A DNA stretch of 64,000 nucleotides. Source: Porphyridium purpureum (Eukaryota). The DNA is taken from positions 1 through 64,000 of the forward strand of contig VRMN01000008.1 in assembly GCA_008690995.1 (NCBI GenBank), read 5' to 3'. How positions within the stretch are numbered: the first letter of the stretch is position 1; each line of letters starts with the position of its first letter. The position numbers and the translations under genes are program-made. Below, one piece after another: positions 1 to 11,151 of the stretch. The notes under the pieces were generated by a model that saw nothing but the letters and a program-made list of their open reading frames with translations, was not told where the DNA came from and ran no database searches.

Positions 1-3
1 CGG

Positions 4-954
4 CTAAGCCCTTCCGCTAAACATGGCTCCGTAGACCCGTCGTTCTTGGTGGGATTGTGCGGATAGTTTCTTCTCGACGCGGTCCAGCTCTAACCGGATG
101 CCCTTGTTGTCAGGGTTCCGCTGCGCCGCCTCGCGCAAATCGTCACGAGCTTCGCTGAACTTTCCGGACGCGTATCGAGCCCGCCCTCGATAGAAGAAAC
201 CCTTTGCATTTTCGGGATCGATACTGAGCGCCTTGGATGCGATTTCTTCGGCCTGTGCGTGGTCTCCTTCCTTGAAATTGCACAACGCAAGATTATTGAG
301 ACACGCTAGGCGCAATTGCTGCACGTCCTCGTCTGGAATGACCACGCCTTCCATGTCGACCTTGTGATCTACCTCTGCGTCGTTCTTCGCACTCGCATAG
401 TATGAGTCCTGGTCCTGTACGTGCATTCGGACATAGCTGACCGCATTAAGCGCTTGTTCGTAGCACTCGGCCGCCGCGGCATAGTCTGTGCATTTGAACT
501 TTTCGTTGCCGGCCTCCTTTAGCGTCAAGGCAAGCTGGAACCGCTCCTGCGGGCTCATGGCCATGAGGTTCTGGGTCTGATCCCCGCCTTCTGTCTTCAA
601 CAGCCTGATGTCGAGCTTGACTGCTGCGTCGGGTGGAATCACATGCCCCTTGCCGCGCTGTCCAAACGCATAGTCTGGCTCGAGCACAAACTCGCTCGCC
701 TCGCCGACGCTCATCGACATGACCGCGAGCTCCAACCCCCGGATCACAGTCTTGCTCCCAATACGAAACGAGAACGGCCGCCGCCTGTGCTCCGCGGCGG
801 CGTCTGTCTCCTGGCAGCTCTCCAGCACACTGTCGTCCTGCAGGCGCAGCGTGTACCACAACCACACGCGGCTGCCCAATCCCGGCCGCGTGCTGCTCTC
901 GGCCTTGGTCACGACGCTCTTCCGCACGCCCCCATCATTCGTCACGGGAATCAT
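4..954 (-). CDS. FKBP-type peptidyl-prolyl isomerase with C-terminal TPR domain (FKBP62/FKBP4-like co-chaperone)
   Basis: FKBP motifs (PFSFRIGSKTVIRGLELAVMSMSVGE; PDYAFGQRG..IPPDA) followed by TPRs (LKEAGNEKFK, CLNNLALCNFK, NAKGFFYRGRA) and a YGAMF C-terminal motif. First in-frame ATG is at 954; the track ORF starts at GTG 1050. Confidence 0.9.
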   Translation of the reverse strand: MIPVTNDGGVRKSVVTKAESSTRPGLGSRVWLWYTLRLQDDSVLESCQETDAAAEHRRRPFSFRIGSKTVIRGLELAVMSMSVGEASEFVLEPDYAFGQRGKGHVIPPDAAVKLDIRLLKTEGGDQTQNLMAMSPQERFQLALTLKEAGNEKFKCTDYAAAAECYEQALNAVSYVRMHVQDQDSYYASAKNDAEVDHKVDMEGVVIPDEDVQQLRLACLNNLALCNFKEGDHAQAEEIASKALSIDPENAKGFFYRGRARYASGKFSEARDDLREAAQRNPDNKGIRLELDRVEKKLSAQSHQERRVYGAMFSGRA

Positions 955-2818
955 CGCATCCACACACCATCCACCACCAACCCCCAGAACACTCCTCCCG
1001 CCCCTTTCCTCACTCCACTCCCCCGTCCCCGCCCTCCGCTCCACTGCCACCTTCTTCCGCCATGCTTCCTTTTCTGGTCCTCGCGGCCGCGCCGTTGCTT
1101 AGAGACATACACTGTACCTCATGTACAGTGATCCCGTACACACTGTACACCCGGCAATGAATCACTGAAAAAAAAACCGGCTAAAAACCAAACCGGCGCC
1201 GGGAAAGTGGCGGAGCCGTCGAGCTTGATGGTCGATGTGTGTGGATTTGCAACGCGAGCTGAAGGGCGGGAGAGCGGCAGGCTGTGCATCGAGACAGACA
1301 CGCAGAGAGAGTGGGTGTGTCCTGCGAGATGCAGCGGTTGTGATAAGTGCCTGGCGTTGCGAGGCGAGCGGGGTTTGGACGCGGAGTGGTTGGTCGAGCG
1401 GAACTGGATGCTGATGCGGTGTGCTTGTGCTGCTGGTGGCGAGAGAGAGATGAGTGCCCAATTCGCGAGGGTTGGGGTGCACCCGCAGAGGGGTTATGAA
1501 GGATGCATCAGGCCTCTCGGTTGAGATGGCACCGGCAGTGAGGACTTTGCATGCGCAGATCCGACCGCAACTGCGCTTGTCAAAAGTGTCAGTCTCGTGC
1601 GAGGCGCGCTAGGGTCCGGCGGAGTGCATCGCGAGCGTGAGGTAACTTTCAAAGATGGCATGCACCAAGGCCACTGGAATATATGGTGCTCAATTGTAGC
1701 AGCGTTCCGCGCCAGTGAAGACCAGAACCAGCAGGTCCGCGAAATGCTCGTGTCCAACTGTTGTGCTGACCAACCGACAGCTGCTCCATCGGCCAGCTCT
1801 AGATTCCGACGTCGGCCTCGACTCCCGTTTGCATGGGTGATGAGTCGATCCAAGCACGCGGATTGCGGGAGAGTGCACACCAGTGACAGGGTTTGCGCGC
1901 TGCCATGCATCAGAGGTCTTCGCCAGATGCCGTGCGACAAGCCAGACCACGCGACCGAGGTGGAAGCATAGAGTAGTTAAATGCAAGCGCACGCACGCCG
2001 AGGTGCGTACCGAGCGTGACGGCAAGACCAAGTCTGGCCGCTTCAACAGGATGGTGCACTCGGACGTATACTTGCTTCCCGCTCAAGATAGCCATCGTTT
2101 AGCCGCGTCGGCGCACCGTGGCATCACGTGGAGCTTCATCGAGAGCCAGCCCTTGTGGTCTGTGCAGGCGACGCGCTTGGCGCGTGTGAACGGCCTGCCG
2201 GCGTTCTCGCAGCGCCGAATCAGCGCCGAGTATCTTTCTCCGCAGGATGACCAGTAAATGTGATTGCGGCTGATCCAAACGTCACGCGTCTCGCTATCCT
2301 CATGAATTGGCGGGTAACTCATTCAAGCAAGAACTGGTGCTCCAGTAAGAGACTCGGCTGACGGGGGTCAGACCGCATGGCTTGCGGGCCACCTTTGTCC
2401 GCCAGGAAGACCACGTTTTCCAGCTGGGACACCACGTGCGTGCCTATTGGCTGCGGCATAACCTAGCGCGACACCATGATGTTCCACGTCGCTGCCGACG
2501 CCGGCATTTGCCTCGCTCACCATGGCACGCACCACCTCAGTGACCAGCATGGCACCGTGCCTTGTTTCCTGGTGTCGCAGTCGATGTTGGGATCTCAGTA
2601 CAGTGGGTACACTGTATGTGCCTATGCTCAAGCGCAATTTCTGACTTCCTGTCAGCACAACGGGTGGAACTGATGGCGCCGGTCTGTTTCTTTGGTGGGT
2701 GGGGAAGGTTGAGGGGAGGAATGATCGTGGGCGTACGGAGTGGGTGGTTGAGGGGAGGGACGGACGGGGCGGAGGTGGGGTTGAAGCGGGCGGGGTGGTA
2801 AAGCATCCGGTACTCAGC

Positions 2819-3643
2819 ATGGCGGCGACGGAGGATAAGCCGGAAGTGCTGGACGCGCGGCTACAGAAGGGCATGGAGCAATTGGAGATGATGGAGCGCG
2901 GCGTCGATTTCAGCATGTGCGAGGGCAAGGGCAATTGGGCGCTGGCGTGGTGGGCATACTTGCATAATGGCATTCGCCTGGAGCTGCAGGATATGTACCA
3001 TGCCGTCACGGGTTTGCGGCGGATGAAGAAGGACGCCACAGATGAACTCATTCGCGCGTTCTTCGAATGGTTCAAGCATTTCGAGCGCGTCTTTATCCAG
3101 CACCTCGAGTTCGAGGAGATGAACGTGTTTCCAAATCTGAAGAGCAAAATCCAGCCGCGCCCAAAGTCGCTGCCCTCCGAAGATGATCATATACAGGTCG
3201 GCCTAAAGTTGAACAAGGTACGCGCCGTGGAGGCGCTCGTCGGGGCGAAGAAGCCGCACAAGGTGGCGTCCGAGCTCGAGCGCGTCAGCACCAATTTTCT
3301 TTTGCTTGCGCTTGATAATTTACGCTCCGAAGAGCGCAACGAGGCGATGCTTCTGTTTCACCACGGCAAGGAAGATGAGGATTTGAAGCGCCTAGAAAAG
3401 TGTCTGCAGGAATTTTACGGAAAGGACATTGGATTGGTCAATTTCCTAGGCGATAAGGCCATGGCCGACGGAGTGGAGAAAAAGAGGTCTGGTGGTATGC
3501 TGGGCAAGATGAAGACTAACATGGCTTTGAAAACCGCAGAAAAACAGTACGACAAGCAACGCGCAGGGATCCTTCCTTTGATTGAAGCATTTTCCAAGTA
3601 CCCTCCCGTCGTGGACAAAGAAGATGAGATACTGAGCGAATGA
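2819..3643 (+). CDS. Hemerythrin/HHE-like helical domain protein
   Basis: Long ORF with a pattern resembling HHE domains: LHNGIRLEL, FFEWFKHF, HLEFEEMNVFP, DHIQV. First ATG at 2819. Confidence 0.55.
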   Translation: MAATEDKPEVLDARLQKGMEQLEMMERGVDFSMCEGKGNWALAWWAYLHNGIRLELQDMYHAVTGLRRMKKDATDELIRAFFEWFKHFERVFIQHLEFEEMNVFPNLKSKIQPRPKSLPSEDDHIQVGLKLNKVRAVEALVGAKKPHKVASELERVSTNFLLLALDNLRSEERNEAMLLFHHGKEDEDLKRLEKCLQEFYGKDIGLVNFLGDKAMADGVEKKRSGGMLGKMKTNMALKTAEKQYDKQRAGILPLIEAFSKYPPVVDKEDEILSE

Positions 3644-4087
3644 CCAGTGTCCGCGTCGATATATATGCTTGGAGTTCGGCACACTCAGTCTTCCTTCTCA
3701 CACTCGTATGTCTTTCCCGACGTACAATGTCTTGTGCTGAGTGCTCTCCTCTTCTTCCTCTAACAAAACATAAAACACATAATTCAGATCGTCTGAGAGG
3801 TCAATCATGATTTGGATGTATCTTTTTTCCTGTTTGCGTCCTTGGGCATCGAGCCGCTGTATTAGAAGCTTCCGACACTCCGCGTGACCGAAAGTTAAAC
3901 ATTCCTACTGTGCTCTGGCTTGCTTACTAGTCGCTGGTCCTGTCCTTTTCAGAGTTAGACACACACACGTACGCAGATGCGGCTTCCACAAAGGTGCGGA
4001 AAGGCTCACTCGTCATGTCCAAGTCTCCTATTCTCGCGCCGTCACACAACTCTTTTCGTAGCCCGGATGAGAAAGCCCTAGCATACC

Positions 4088-6046
4088 CTAGAGATCTCTC
4101 ACAAGGTCAAAGAACGGGTGCTGCATGGCATCTTTGGCAGTAACACGGTCTTGGTGATCAAACTGAAGCATCATATCCAGCAGATCAAGCCCAGCGTCAG
4201 AAACAAGATGCTCGTTATTTGCCGTCACAAAGCTCTTCCAGGTACGACCAGGGGTATCAGGTATTCTATTCCACTGCTTCTCGCTCATTGCAAGTCCATA
4301 CTTGTCCATGTAATTTTCAAACGCATCTATTCCCTTGACAGCAACAATTTTGACCAACTGGTCATCATTATCTGCACCTTTGAACATGGGATCCCGTCCA
4401 AACATCATTTGCGCCAAAACACAGCCGAGGCTCCACATGTCGAGAGAGTAGTCGTAGTCACGCAAATTTAGAAGCAGCTCAGGTGGCTTGAAGTACCGCG
4501 ACGCGACACGCACGTTGTATTCCTTACCCTCGTGATAAAATTCCGAAAGACCCCAGTCAGCCACGCGCACCTGCTTAGTCGACGAGTCAATCATGATATT
4601 ATGCGGCTTGATATCACGGTGTATGATGCCTTTGGAATGCGCAAATTCGAGCGCTCTCAGGACCTGGTACATGTAGTACTGCAGGTCTCTAAGCTGCATT
4701 TTCGGATAATAGTTGCGGAACGGGTGGTTGTCAACGTACTCAAAAATGAGCACGGGTACCTTTTTCTCCCGATCCATCACCGCGTTGTACAGCTCAATAA
4801 TATTCGGGCCGCCTCTCAGCTCCTCCAGAATGCGAATTTCGCGCTTGTACTTCTTTTTCTTCACAGGCTGCAATATTTTCGCGACCGCCTTGCGATTGTT
4901 GAGCTTATCCCAAACCTCATACACGTCCGAGTACTTCCCGCTGCCAAGCTTGTTCACCACTGTGTACGGCTCCGGACTCGCCCAAATGATCTGCAAGCGA
5001 TCATAATCCCATGTGCTGACGGGTGAACGAGCATGGATGTCCTTATACACTCTGGCCACAGACGCCTGCCCTCCCGATTCGAGCCGCTCTTCCATGTCGG
5101 ATGACGGAGTGCCCTTGGGCCCAGATCCGTGCGGGTCATACATGATGGCCCCTGGCGGGCGTTTGTACACGGTCATTACGCGCACGTCAGGCGCGTCGCC
5201 TTCCAGAAAATCGTTGTCGCCACTTTCTTCATCGCTCCAAAACTCAGACGCATCGCGAAGAACAGATATCACTGACGGGAGAGGGCCTTCCAAGTCTTCG
5301 CCTTCCCTGCCACTCGGCGGCGCGGGCTCTGCTTTGGGTTTCCGCTTTGACTTCTTTTTCTTGGACTTCTTGGTCTTTGCTTTTTTGGCGCCTGCTTCCT
5401 GCCCGCCAAAGCATGGCAGGCAGGCGTCCTTCAAACCCCAACCTATTTTGCTTGTTGCCACGCAGTCGTAGAAGCACGCGGCAAGGGACTTCACGGGTGT
5501 CAGGCGAGGCCCAATTAATTCAAGTGTCAACGGGTACACGCTCTGTGTCCAATAGGCCTCTGCCGATGCCAACGTATGCACGAGCGCAGCACTCAAACGC
5601 TCGTACGTCGTTTCTTCTTCTCCACCCTGTATTGCCCCGGATCCCTGCAAATTTCTTTTCTGATCGGCGCCTGTATCGCTTGTTCCCGACTTGGAGGCGC
5701 CTGCGTCGTTTAACGGGGGTGCTAGGTCAATGTGCGGCGACAACGATTCGACCCCGGCCGACTTTTCATCATCCGAGACACTTCCACCGGACCTCCTGGC
5801 GGCATCCTCTGTGCAGCGCTGAGCACTCGATGCATCGACTGCACAGGTAGCCGCAGTCTCTGCTCCTACTTCTGCTGCTGTTGCTGGCGACGCCGAGGCG
5901 GCGTCGTCGTATGCAGCGGCCGCCGCGGCTGCGTGCACATGCGCCGCGCGACCCGCCCACCCTGCCGCGCACACGGCCGCGACCCACACGCACACAACCA
6001 CCGCACGACGAAGCGACCGGCGACGCGCGTCCGCCACCCCCTTCAT
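4088..6046 (-). CDS. CKA: Casein kinase II alpha subunit with ~320-aa N-terminal extension
   Basis: CK2-specific motifs: LGSGKYSDV, KKKKYKRE basic cluster, HRDIKPHN, DWG(LSEFYH), NVRVASRYFK, YDYSLDMWSLGC. Confidence 0.93.
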   Translation of the reverse strand: MKGVADARRRSLRRAVVVCVWVAAVCAAGWAGRAAHVHAAAAAAAYDDAASASPATAAEVGAETAATCAVDASSAQRCTEDAARRSGGSVSDDEKSAGVESLSPHIDLAPPLNDAGASKSGTSDTGADQKRNLQGSGAIQGGEEETTYERLSAALVHTLASAEAYWTQSVYPLTLELIGPRLTPVKSLAACFYDCVATSKIGWGLKDACLPCFGGQEAGAKKAKTKKSKKKKSKRKPKAEPAPPSGREGEDLEGPLPSVISVLRDASEFWSDEESGDNDFLEGDAPDVRVMTVYKRPPGAIMYDPHGSGPKGTPSSDMEERLESGGQASVARVYKDIHARSPVSTWDYDRLQIIWASPEPYTVVNKLGSGKYSDVYEVWDKLNNRKAVAKILQPVKKKKYKREIRILEELRGGPNIIELYNAVMDREKKVPVLIFEYVDNHPFRNYYPKMQLRDLQYYMYQVLRALEFAHSKGIIHRDIKPHNIMIDSSTKQVRVADWGLSEFYHEGKEYNVRVASRYFKPPELLLNLRDYDYSLDMWSLGCVLAQMMFGRDPMFKGADNDDQLVKIVAVKGIDAFENYMDKYGLAMSEKQWNRIPDTPGRTWKSFVTANNEHLVSDAGLDLLDMMLQFDHQDRVTAKDAMQHPFFDLVRDL

Positions 6047-6595
6047 AGCCCTCTTCCTTTGGTGCGCGAGCCCGCACCACCGTCACCCCGCTTACTGCCT
6101 CGCTGTTCCTTCGCTCTGCTCACACCTTTTTCTCTCCCTACTTTCTCCTAGATACACCCCTTACTGCGATTGTCAGATCACACCGCAACCAAAAGAGCAA
6201 GTCGCTGTTGCTTCGCCTAGAACACAAGCGCGATATCAAAATAATTCGTTTTATTAGGAAACCTACACTTGAAAATAAGGGTAGAGGGGGCCACTGGAGT
6301 AGTAGCAGTGGTGGTGGTGGTGGTGGTGTCCGGTTCATTACTAGCGTTGGTGCGGTGTTGTCAACCCAATGCGAGAGACACCGTAGCGTTTCGAAAGGAC
6401 AAAGGGGTGTGTTGGCTCCACGCCGCACCGCGCACAAACCGCTGCCGATGTGGTGGCTGGTGGGTCTCGCGTGCAGTGACACGACTACGTTCCAGTACAC
6501 CCCATCTCGCACTTGCGCAATAGAAACAGCATTCAGCGCACATCGACCGCGCATTCGTCAACTCAGCGAGTGCAGTGCGGCATCGGTGAAAGTTC

Positions 6596-7462
6596 CTACC
6601 GTTCGCGAGACAGGTACGACACACTGTTCTTGCGCTGCATGTATGCTAGCGCACCGTCGATGTGACGAATGCGCAGCTTTTGTAAGCTCACCACAAGACG
6701 GTTCTCTACGCCGCTCCACCACGTTCCGCGATGGGATACCGTGGTCACGCGCAGCCCGTCCTGGCTTGGCATCATGTGCGCATCCGAGTGCAGCACGCCG
6801 TTGAAGCGCCCGACCTTACTCGTACACTCGCGTTCTGCGCACACTTCCGCATACGTGCGCAGGCTGCCAGACGCCATTTCCAGCACATGATCGGGCGTGC
6901 CGCATGGCAGGTCGCCCAGTGCCGAAATACACAACAGCTTCCCAACACCATCGGAAACGTGCACTTTCTCAAGCCCACGCGCCTCGATCCACTCGGCGTC
7001 CACGCAAACCGGGTCGGGCACGTCGTTCGGAATCCCATCACATGAAAGTCGCACGCAAATTTCTCCAGTCGGCGTCTTGTGACGGGTGAACGCGAATCCG
7101 TTCTCCTCGTCATACCGGCTTCTGCCATCCGAATTGGACTCTCTGCAATTATCGTTGAATGCCGTCCATTCATACTGATAAAAAGCCCTGCTGCTATCGT
7201 TTGCGGACGGGCAGTCATACGCAAGCACCCGAATACTATTTTGGTTCTTCTCCGGTGGCGTCATGCACGCCTTGTTGTCCAAGAACTCTGTCTCCGAGTA
7301 GCACTTTGGTTGGGGTTCCCCTGATCTGGCCACGCAAGACCCGCCATTGTATACACACATTTCCACATCCTGCGCGTCCACCACATTCACCGTCAATAGC
7401 GCGACCAGCAGCGCCGACAGCCACGGGACGCAGCGCCTCGCACGCCTCGTCGTCATTGTCAT
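6596..7462 (-). CDS. Secreted cysteine-rich protein of unknown function
   Basis: Hydrophobic signal peptide (VPWLSALLVALLTVNVVDA|Q) and many Cys. The C-terminal domain begins CVDAEW and contains CGTPDHVL. First ATG at 7462. Confidence 0.7.
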   Translation of the reverse strand: MTMTTRRARRCVPWLSALLVALLTVNVVDAQDVEMCVYNGGSCVARSGEPQPKCYSETEFLDNKACMTPPEKNQNSIRVLAYDCPSANDSSRAFYQYEWTAFNDNCRESNSDGRSRYDEENGFAFTRHKTPTGEICVRLSCDGIPNDVPDPVCVDAEWIEARGLEKVHVSDGVGKLLCISALGDLPCGTPDHVLEMASGSLRTYAEVCAERECTSKVGRFNGVLHSDAHMMPSQDGLRVTTVSHRGTWWSGVENRLVVSLQKLRIRHIDGALAYMQRKNSVSYLSRER

Positions 7463-7924
7463 CCTCGGGTCCTCTCCGCTACCCCACCTTTTCGTCACGT
7501 CACGCGACTGACCCACCCACCCTCCGACACCAGTGTCCCAGATTCTACGCTCCGGCGACTCTGCGGTGGAGAAGAAGCAAGTACAGTAGAGTGTACCTTA
7601 CACACAAGGGTACAGCGAACATCGCAGCAAAAATGACCGTTTCACTTCCCGGCCATCTGGCTCATAAACCTGCAGCGAGAAGCCGGTTGTGTTTGAATTT
7701 TCAAAATAAGAAATGCGCCATGGCGGCAGTGCATGTCGAGCAGAGATGTGCTTTGAGCGGAAGAAGAGCTCGCATGCGAGCGGGTGTAGACCACGTTGGT
7801 AGGGTATAAGCTCGTGGCGGAAGACTGGATCTGTACCGCCGATGACGGCTGCGCCTACGTGAGGCTGGGCAACACACGCGGTCCTGCGACGAGGCATTGA
7901 CGGGCGCTCTGCAGAGCAGGTGAT

Positions 7925-10900
7925 ATGGATAGCCATCAGTGGGAGCTGAGCAAGGAGAATGTGATGCCGCTGGCACGCGGAAGGGACGTGCAGGTGCTGA
8001 ACGAAAAGCTCGCGCCCAATGTAGGAACGCCCGCACAGCACCAGGGCACCGGGAGGTCTGAGGAGAAAGCACGCGCTGCCGCCCGAGCGGCGTTCGAGCA
8101 TCGTATCGATATCGCCACCAGCAGCAGGCAGCCCAGCGAGAGCATTTTGGCCATATGGAGGGAGTACATAAAGTGGTCACAGGACGAGCATCCAGCTGGC
8201 GACATTGCAACCATCAAGCTGCTCGAAAGATGCACCAAGTACTTCGCACATGACGCCCAAGTCGCCAATGATATCCGTTACCTCCGGATTTGGATCTTGT
8301 ACGCTGACCTTGCATCGCCTGATCCTTCGGATATCTTTGCGTACATGTACTCGAATCAGATTGGACTCGACCTTGCGCTGTTCTACGAGGCTTACGCCAT
8401 CGTCCTAGAGAAGAAGCGACAGTATGCCATGGCAGACAAATTATACCAAGAAGGCATTGCGCGCAGCGCCAAGCCGCCTGAGCGCCTCGAGAATCGACAC
8501 AAGGAATTTCAACATCGAATGGCATTGCGCGTGGAGCGGCAGAATGAGCAGAAAAGACTGGCGGCATACGCCGAGCCGCCGGCATCAAGGAACGGTACAA
8601 CGGCATTAGAAGAACTTCAGCGCTCCGCCGGTCGCGGAAGCAGCACTGTGAACAATAGCAATGCGCGCGGAACGGTTGCGTCAGCGAACCACGTCAGGCA
8701 TGCTCAGTCAAGGACCTCAGTGCAACCCGCAGTTTCTGGGCCCCGTGATGGCAGCGCTGGTGGTTTCCAGATCTTTCATGATTCGGCTGCAGCCAGTGAG
8801 GTTCAAATCCCGCAAGTGCACGTAAAGAATCCGCGCGCAGGATTTCCAGCGGTTTCCTTGTCGGCCAAAGAAAATTCTGCATTACCGACAAAGTGGAATG
8901 AGGGCTTTGAAGATGCCGCTACCACCCCAAACCTCTCGTCGAGAGCGGGGTCTGGCGTCCGTAGTGGTCGTGTGGAACCTCCTCCGGCAGCATCCTTCCA
9001 AATTTACACAGACTCGACGGTGCCCTCAAGTTTCTCACAAGGTTCCGGCGCTGGAACGGGAAGTGTGCGGAACACTTCGGTGCTCAAAGTTCGAACCGAA
9101 GAGCCTGAGAAGATTGAAGTCCGGCTACCTGAACCGTCTCCTGCGAGATTGTCAAGTTCACAAAAGACACCCGGTGATGAGCTGGTTGCAGAAGTATCTC
9201 GAATGGGTCTCAAATCACACAGTGAACAAGGTGATCAACTACGACCTGAAGCGTATCCACCCGGACCTGTCGTCGAGACACCAAAAGCAGAGAATGGTCA
9301 CGACTGTCCCGATACGCGTTCACAACCGCCTGCTCCGGGTGTCAAGAACACGCCACTGGCGCGCAAGCTTGCGTTTGATGTCAGCGAGCCGACCATTAAT
9401 ACCAAGGAAGCAATGCAGGAGATCGAGGCCATGTTCAGTTCACCTCTTCCTTTCGAGCATGCCGCAGATGACGTCACGCAGGACGACTTAACGTGGACGG
9501 CAATACCACCACAACAGGCCCCTCAGCAGCTGGAGCGAGAATATCAAGAACGACAGCAAGCGAATTCAGCGCGACCACCTCTGCCACCATCTTCTGCGCG
9601 CAAGGCTCTTATGGAACAGCCGCCTCATTCACAACCCTTTTCGCATGCAGGAAATCCGGCTGTGGCAGGGACCTTTGGTGCGAAGCCCCCGCTTCCGTTC
9701 AGAAACCAGCAACCTTGCAACAATGCGCCGACCATGAGAGCAGCAGAGCAGGCGGCGCTGCCGATGGAGACGAGCAGCAGGAGCAGCAGCGGTAATCCCA
9801 GCCTCGTGAAGACTATTGACCCTCAAAATGAGGAGGTGAGCTATGCAGTGGAGGAAAAAATCACGCCGTGGTTTGCGGAGCAGCACGCGTACAAGCTAAT
9901 TGAAGGCTCACCGGCACTTCTCGTTGGCGAGTTGGTTGTGATGGATCGTGATGACAAGCCGAACTCGACGTACTTTGTGCATCGCAAGTTGGATGAAGCG
10001 GCGTCTGGAGACAAAGCGTCGCACGCGCTCTACGCGGTAGAGAAAGTCGACGACGTCATGATGATGGATGTCGATGCCTCGGTCGACGACCACGGCACGT
10101 CAGGACTGGCGTCAGATGCCTCGCTACGAATGAAGGTGGTGCGAGGTAATTCTGCCTGGGAGTTTTACGTGCTCAGCATGCTTCATAACCGCATGGGAAG
10201 TGGATCGGCCAAGGACGCATTTTCTGCATCGATGGCACAGAGATTTCCTCGTCCCGAGGCGCATTACGACTCGGAGTCTGCGTCATACCTCTTGACGAGC
10301 CTGAGCGGCGAGCAGTGTTCTCTGCAATTCGCACTTGATCTGTACGTGCAAGAACAGCGCCACATGCCACCGGCACTCGTGGCCTTTTATGCCATTGAGA
10401 TGCTGCGCGTGGCTGACACGTTGCAAAGATGTTCCATCATCCACACCGGGCTCAACCTCGGAAGCTTCATTGTAAGAAATCAGTCGATATCCACGCGTGA
10501 ATGGGGTGCATGGGAGCCGCAGGAACGATCAGGCTGGTGGTCAAAGGGTCTGATCTTGGATGACTTCCACCGTGCCATTGACGTGACGTTATTTGACACC
10601 AGCACCCGCTTCAAGTATGCTCGCGAGTCTCACAACTGGTACTTTGATCGTGACGCAAAGGCTCTGGCTCGGATCATGGATGAGATGCTGGAAATCAGTT
10701 GCCTTGGTGAGGGGAGCGACATGGACGACGAAGACGACGAGGAGCAGGTGCAGCTGACCGAGGCTATTCGACAGGTTATCAAGGGTTTGGAAAGGAAACA
10801 GGATAACCCTGCTGATCGTCCGCAAATCGACTACATCTCCATGGCGAATCGCTTGGAAAGCGTGCTCGCAGCGCAAACGTCAAAGACACGCACACTCAAA

Positions 10901-10990
10901 AATACGCTGATGCGCCAGAACATGATGATCTACAATGCGCGTGCGACTGAGAATACGACCACGACTCTCTTTCTACCAAGCAGGAGATGA
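7925..10990 (+). CDS. BUB1: BUB1/MAD3 (MadBub) spindle checkpoint protein with degenerate kinase domain
   Basis: WELSKENVMPLARGR (KEN1), Mad3/Bub1 TPR (NDIRYLRIWILYA, IGLDLALFYEAYA), ABBA-KEN-ABBA, CD1-like EPTINTKEAM, and a C-terminal kinase-like region (WEFYVL). Confidence 0.9.
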   Translation: MDSHQWELSKENVMPLARGRDVQVLNEKLAPNVGTPAQHQGTGRSEEKARAAARAAFEHRIDIATSSRQPSESILAIWREYIKWSQDEHPAGDIATIKLLERCTKYFAHDAQVANDIRYLRIWILYADLASPDPSDIFAYMYSNQIGLDLALFYEAYAIVLEKKRQYAMADKLYQEGIARSAKPPERLENRHKEFQHRMALRVERQNEQKRLAAYAEPPASRNGTTALEELQRSAGRGSSTVNNSNARGTVASANHVRHAQSRTSVQPAVSGPRDGSAGGFQIFHDSAAASEVQIPQVHVKNPRAGFPAVSLSAKENSALPTKWNEGFEDAATTPNLSSRAGSGVRSGRVEPPPAASFQIYTDSTVPSSFSQGSGAGTGSVRNTSVLKVRTEEPEKIEVRLPEPSPARLSSSQKTPGDELVAEVSRMGLKSHSEQGDQLRPEAYPPGPVVETPKAENGHDCPDTRSQPPAPGVKNTPLARKLAFDVSEPTINTKEAMQEIEAMFSSPLPFEHAADDVTQDDLTWTAIPPQQAPQQLEREYQERQQANSARPPLPPSSARKALMEQPPHSQPFSHAGNPAVAGTFGAKPPLPFRNQQPCNNAPTMRAAEQAALPMETSSRSSSGNPSLVKTIDPQNEEVSYAVEEKITPWFAEQHAYKLIEGSPALLVGELVVMDRDDKPNSTYFVHRKLDEAASGDKASHALYAVEKVDDVMMMDVDASVDDHGTSGLASDASLRMKVVRGNSAWEFYVLSMLHNRMGSGSAKDAFSASMAQRFPRPEAHYDSESASYLLTSLSGEQCSLQFALDLYVQEQRHMPPALVAFYAIEMLRVADTLQRCSIIHTGLNLGSFIVRNQSISTREWGAWEPQERSGWWSKGLILDDFHRAIDVTLFDTSTRFKYARESHNWYFDRDAKALARIMDEMLEISCLGEGSDMDDEDDEEQVQLTEAIRQVIKGLERKQDNPADRPQIDYISMANRLESVLAAQTSKTRTLKNTLMRQNMMIYNARATENTTTTLFLPSRR

Positions 10991-11151
10991 GGCTGGAGCA
11001 AGCCGAAGGGAGAACACCTTCACAGATCACGTACGATTCTGTTGATTATAAACGGGAAAAGCTATACGACGCGACATCCTTATGGTACATAAATCTCGGC
11101 ACAACAATCGTAATCACCAATTCGAGGTGCCTTGTTTTCATGCTAGCTCAC

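Noticed and set aside
1010..1063. Upstream ATG at 1063 (minus strand) giving MAEEGGSGAEGGDGGVE*
   Set aside because: Out of frame with FKBP, with no clear intron. It could be a uORF or an indel error; undecidable here.
1200..2700. Several 100-150 aa ORFs between FKBP and the hemerythrin-like gene
   Set aside because: No recognisable motifs and mutually overlapping frames. A small or decayed gene cannot be excluded.
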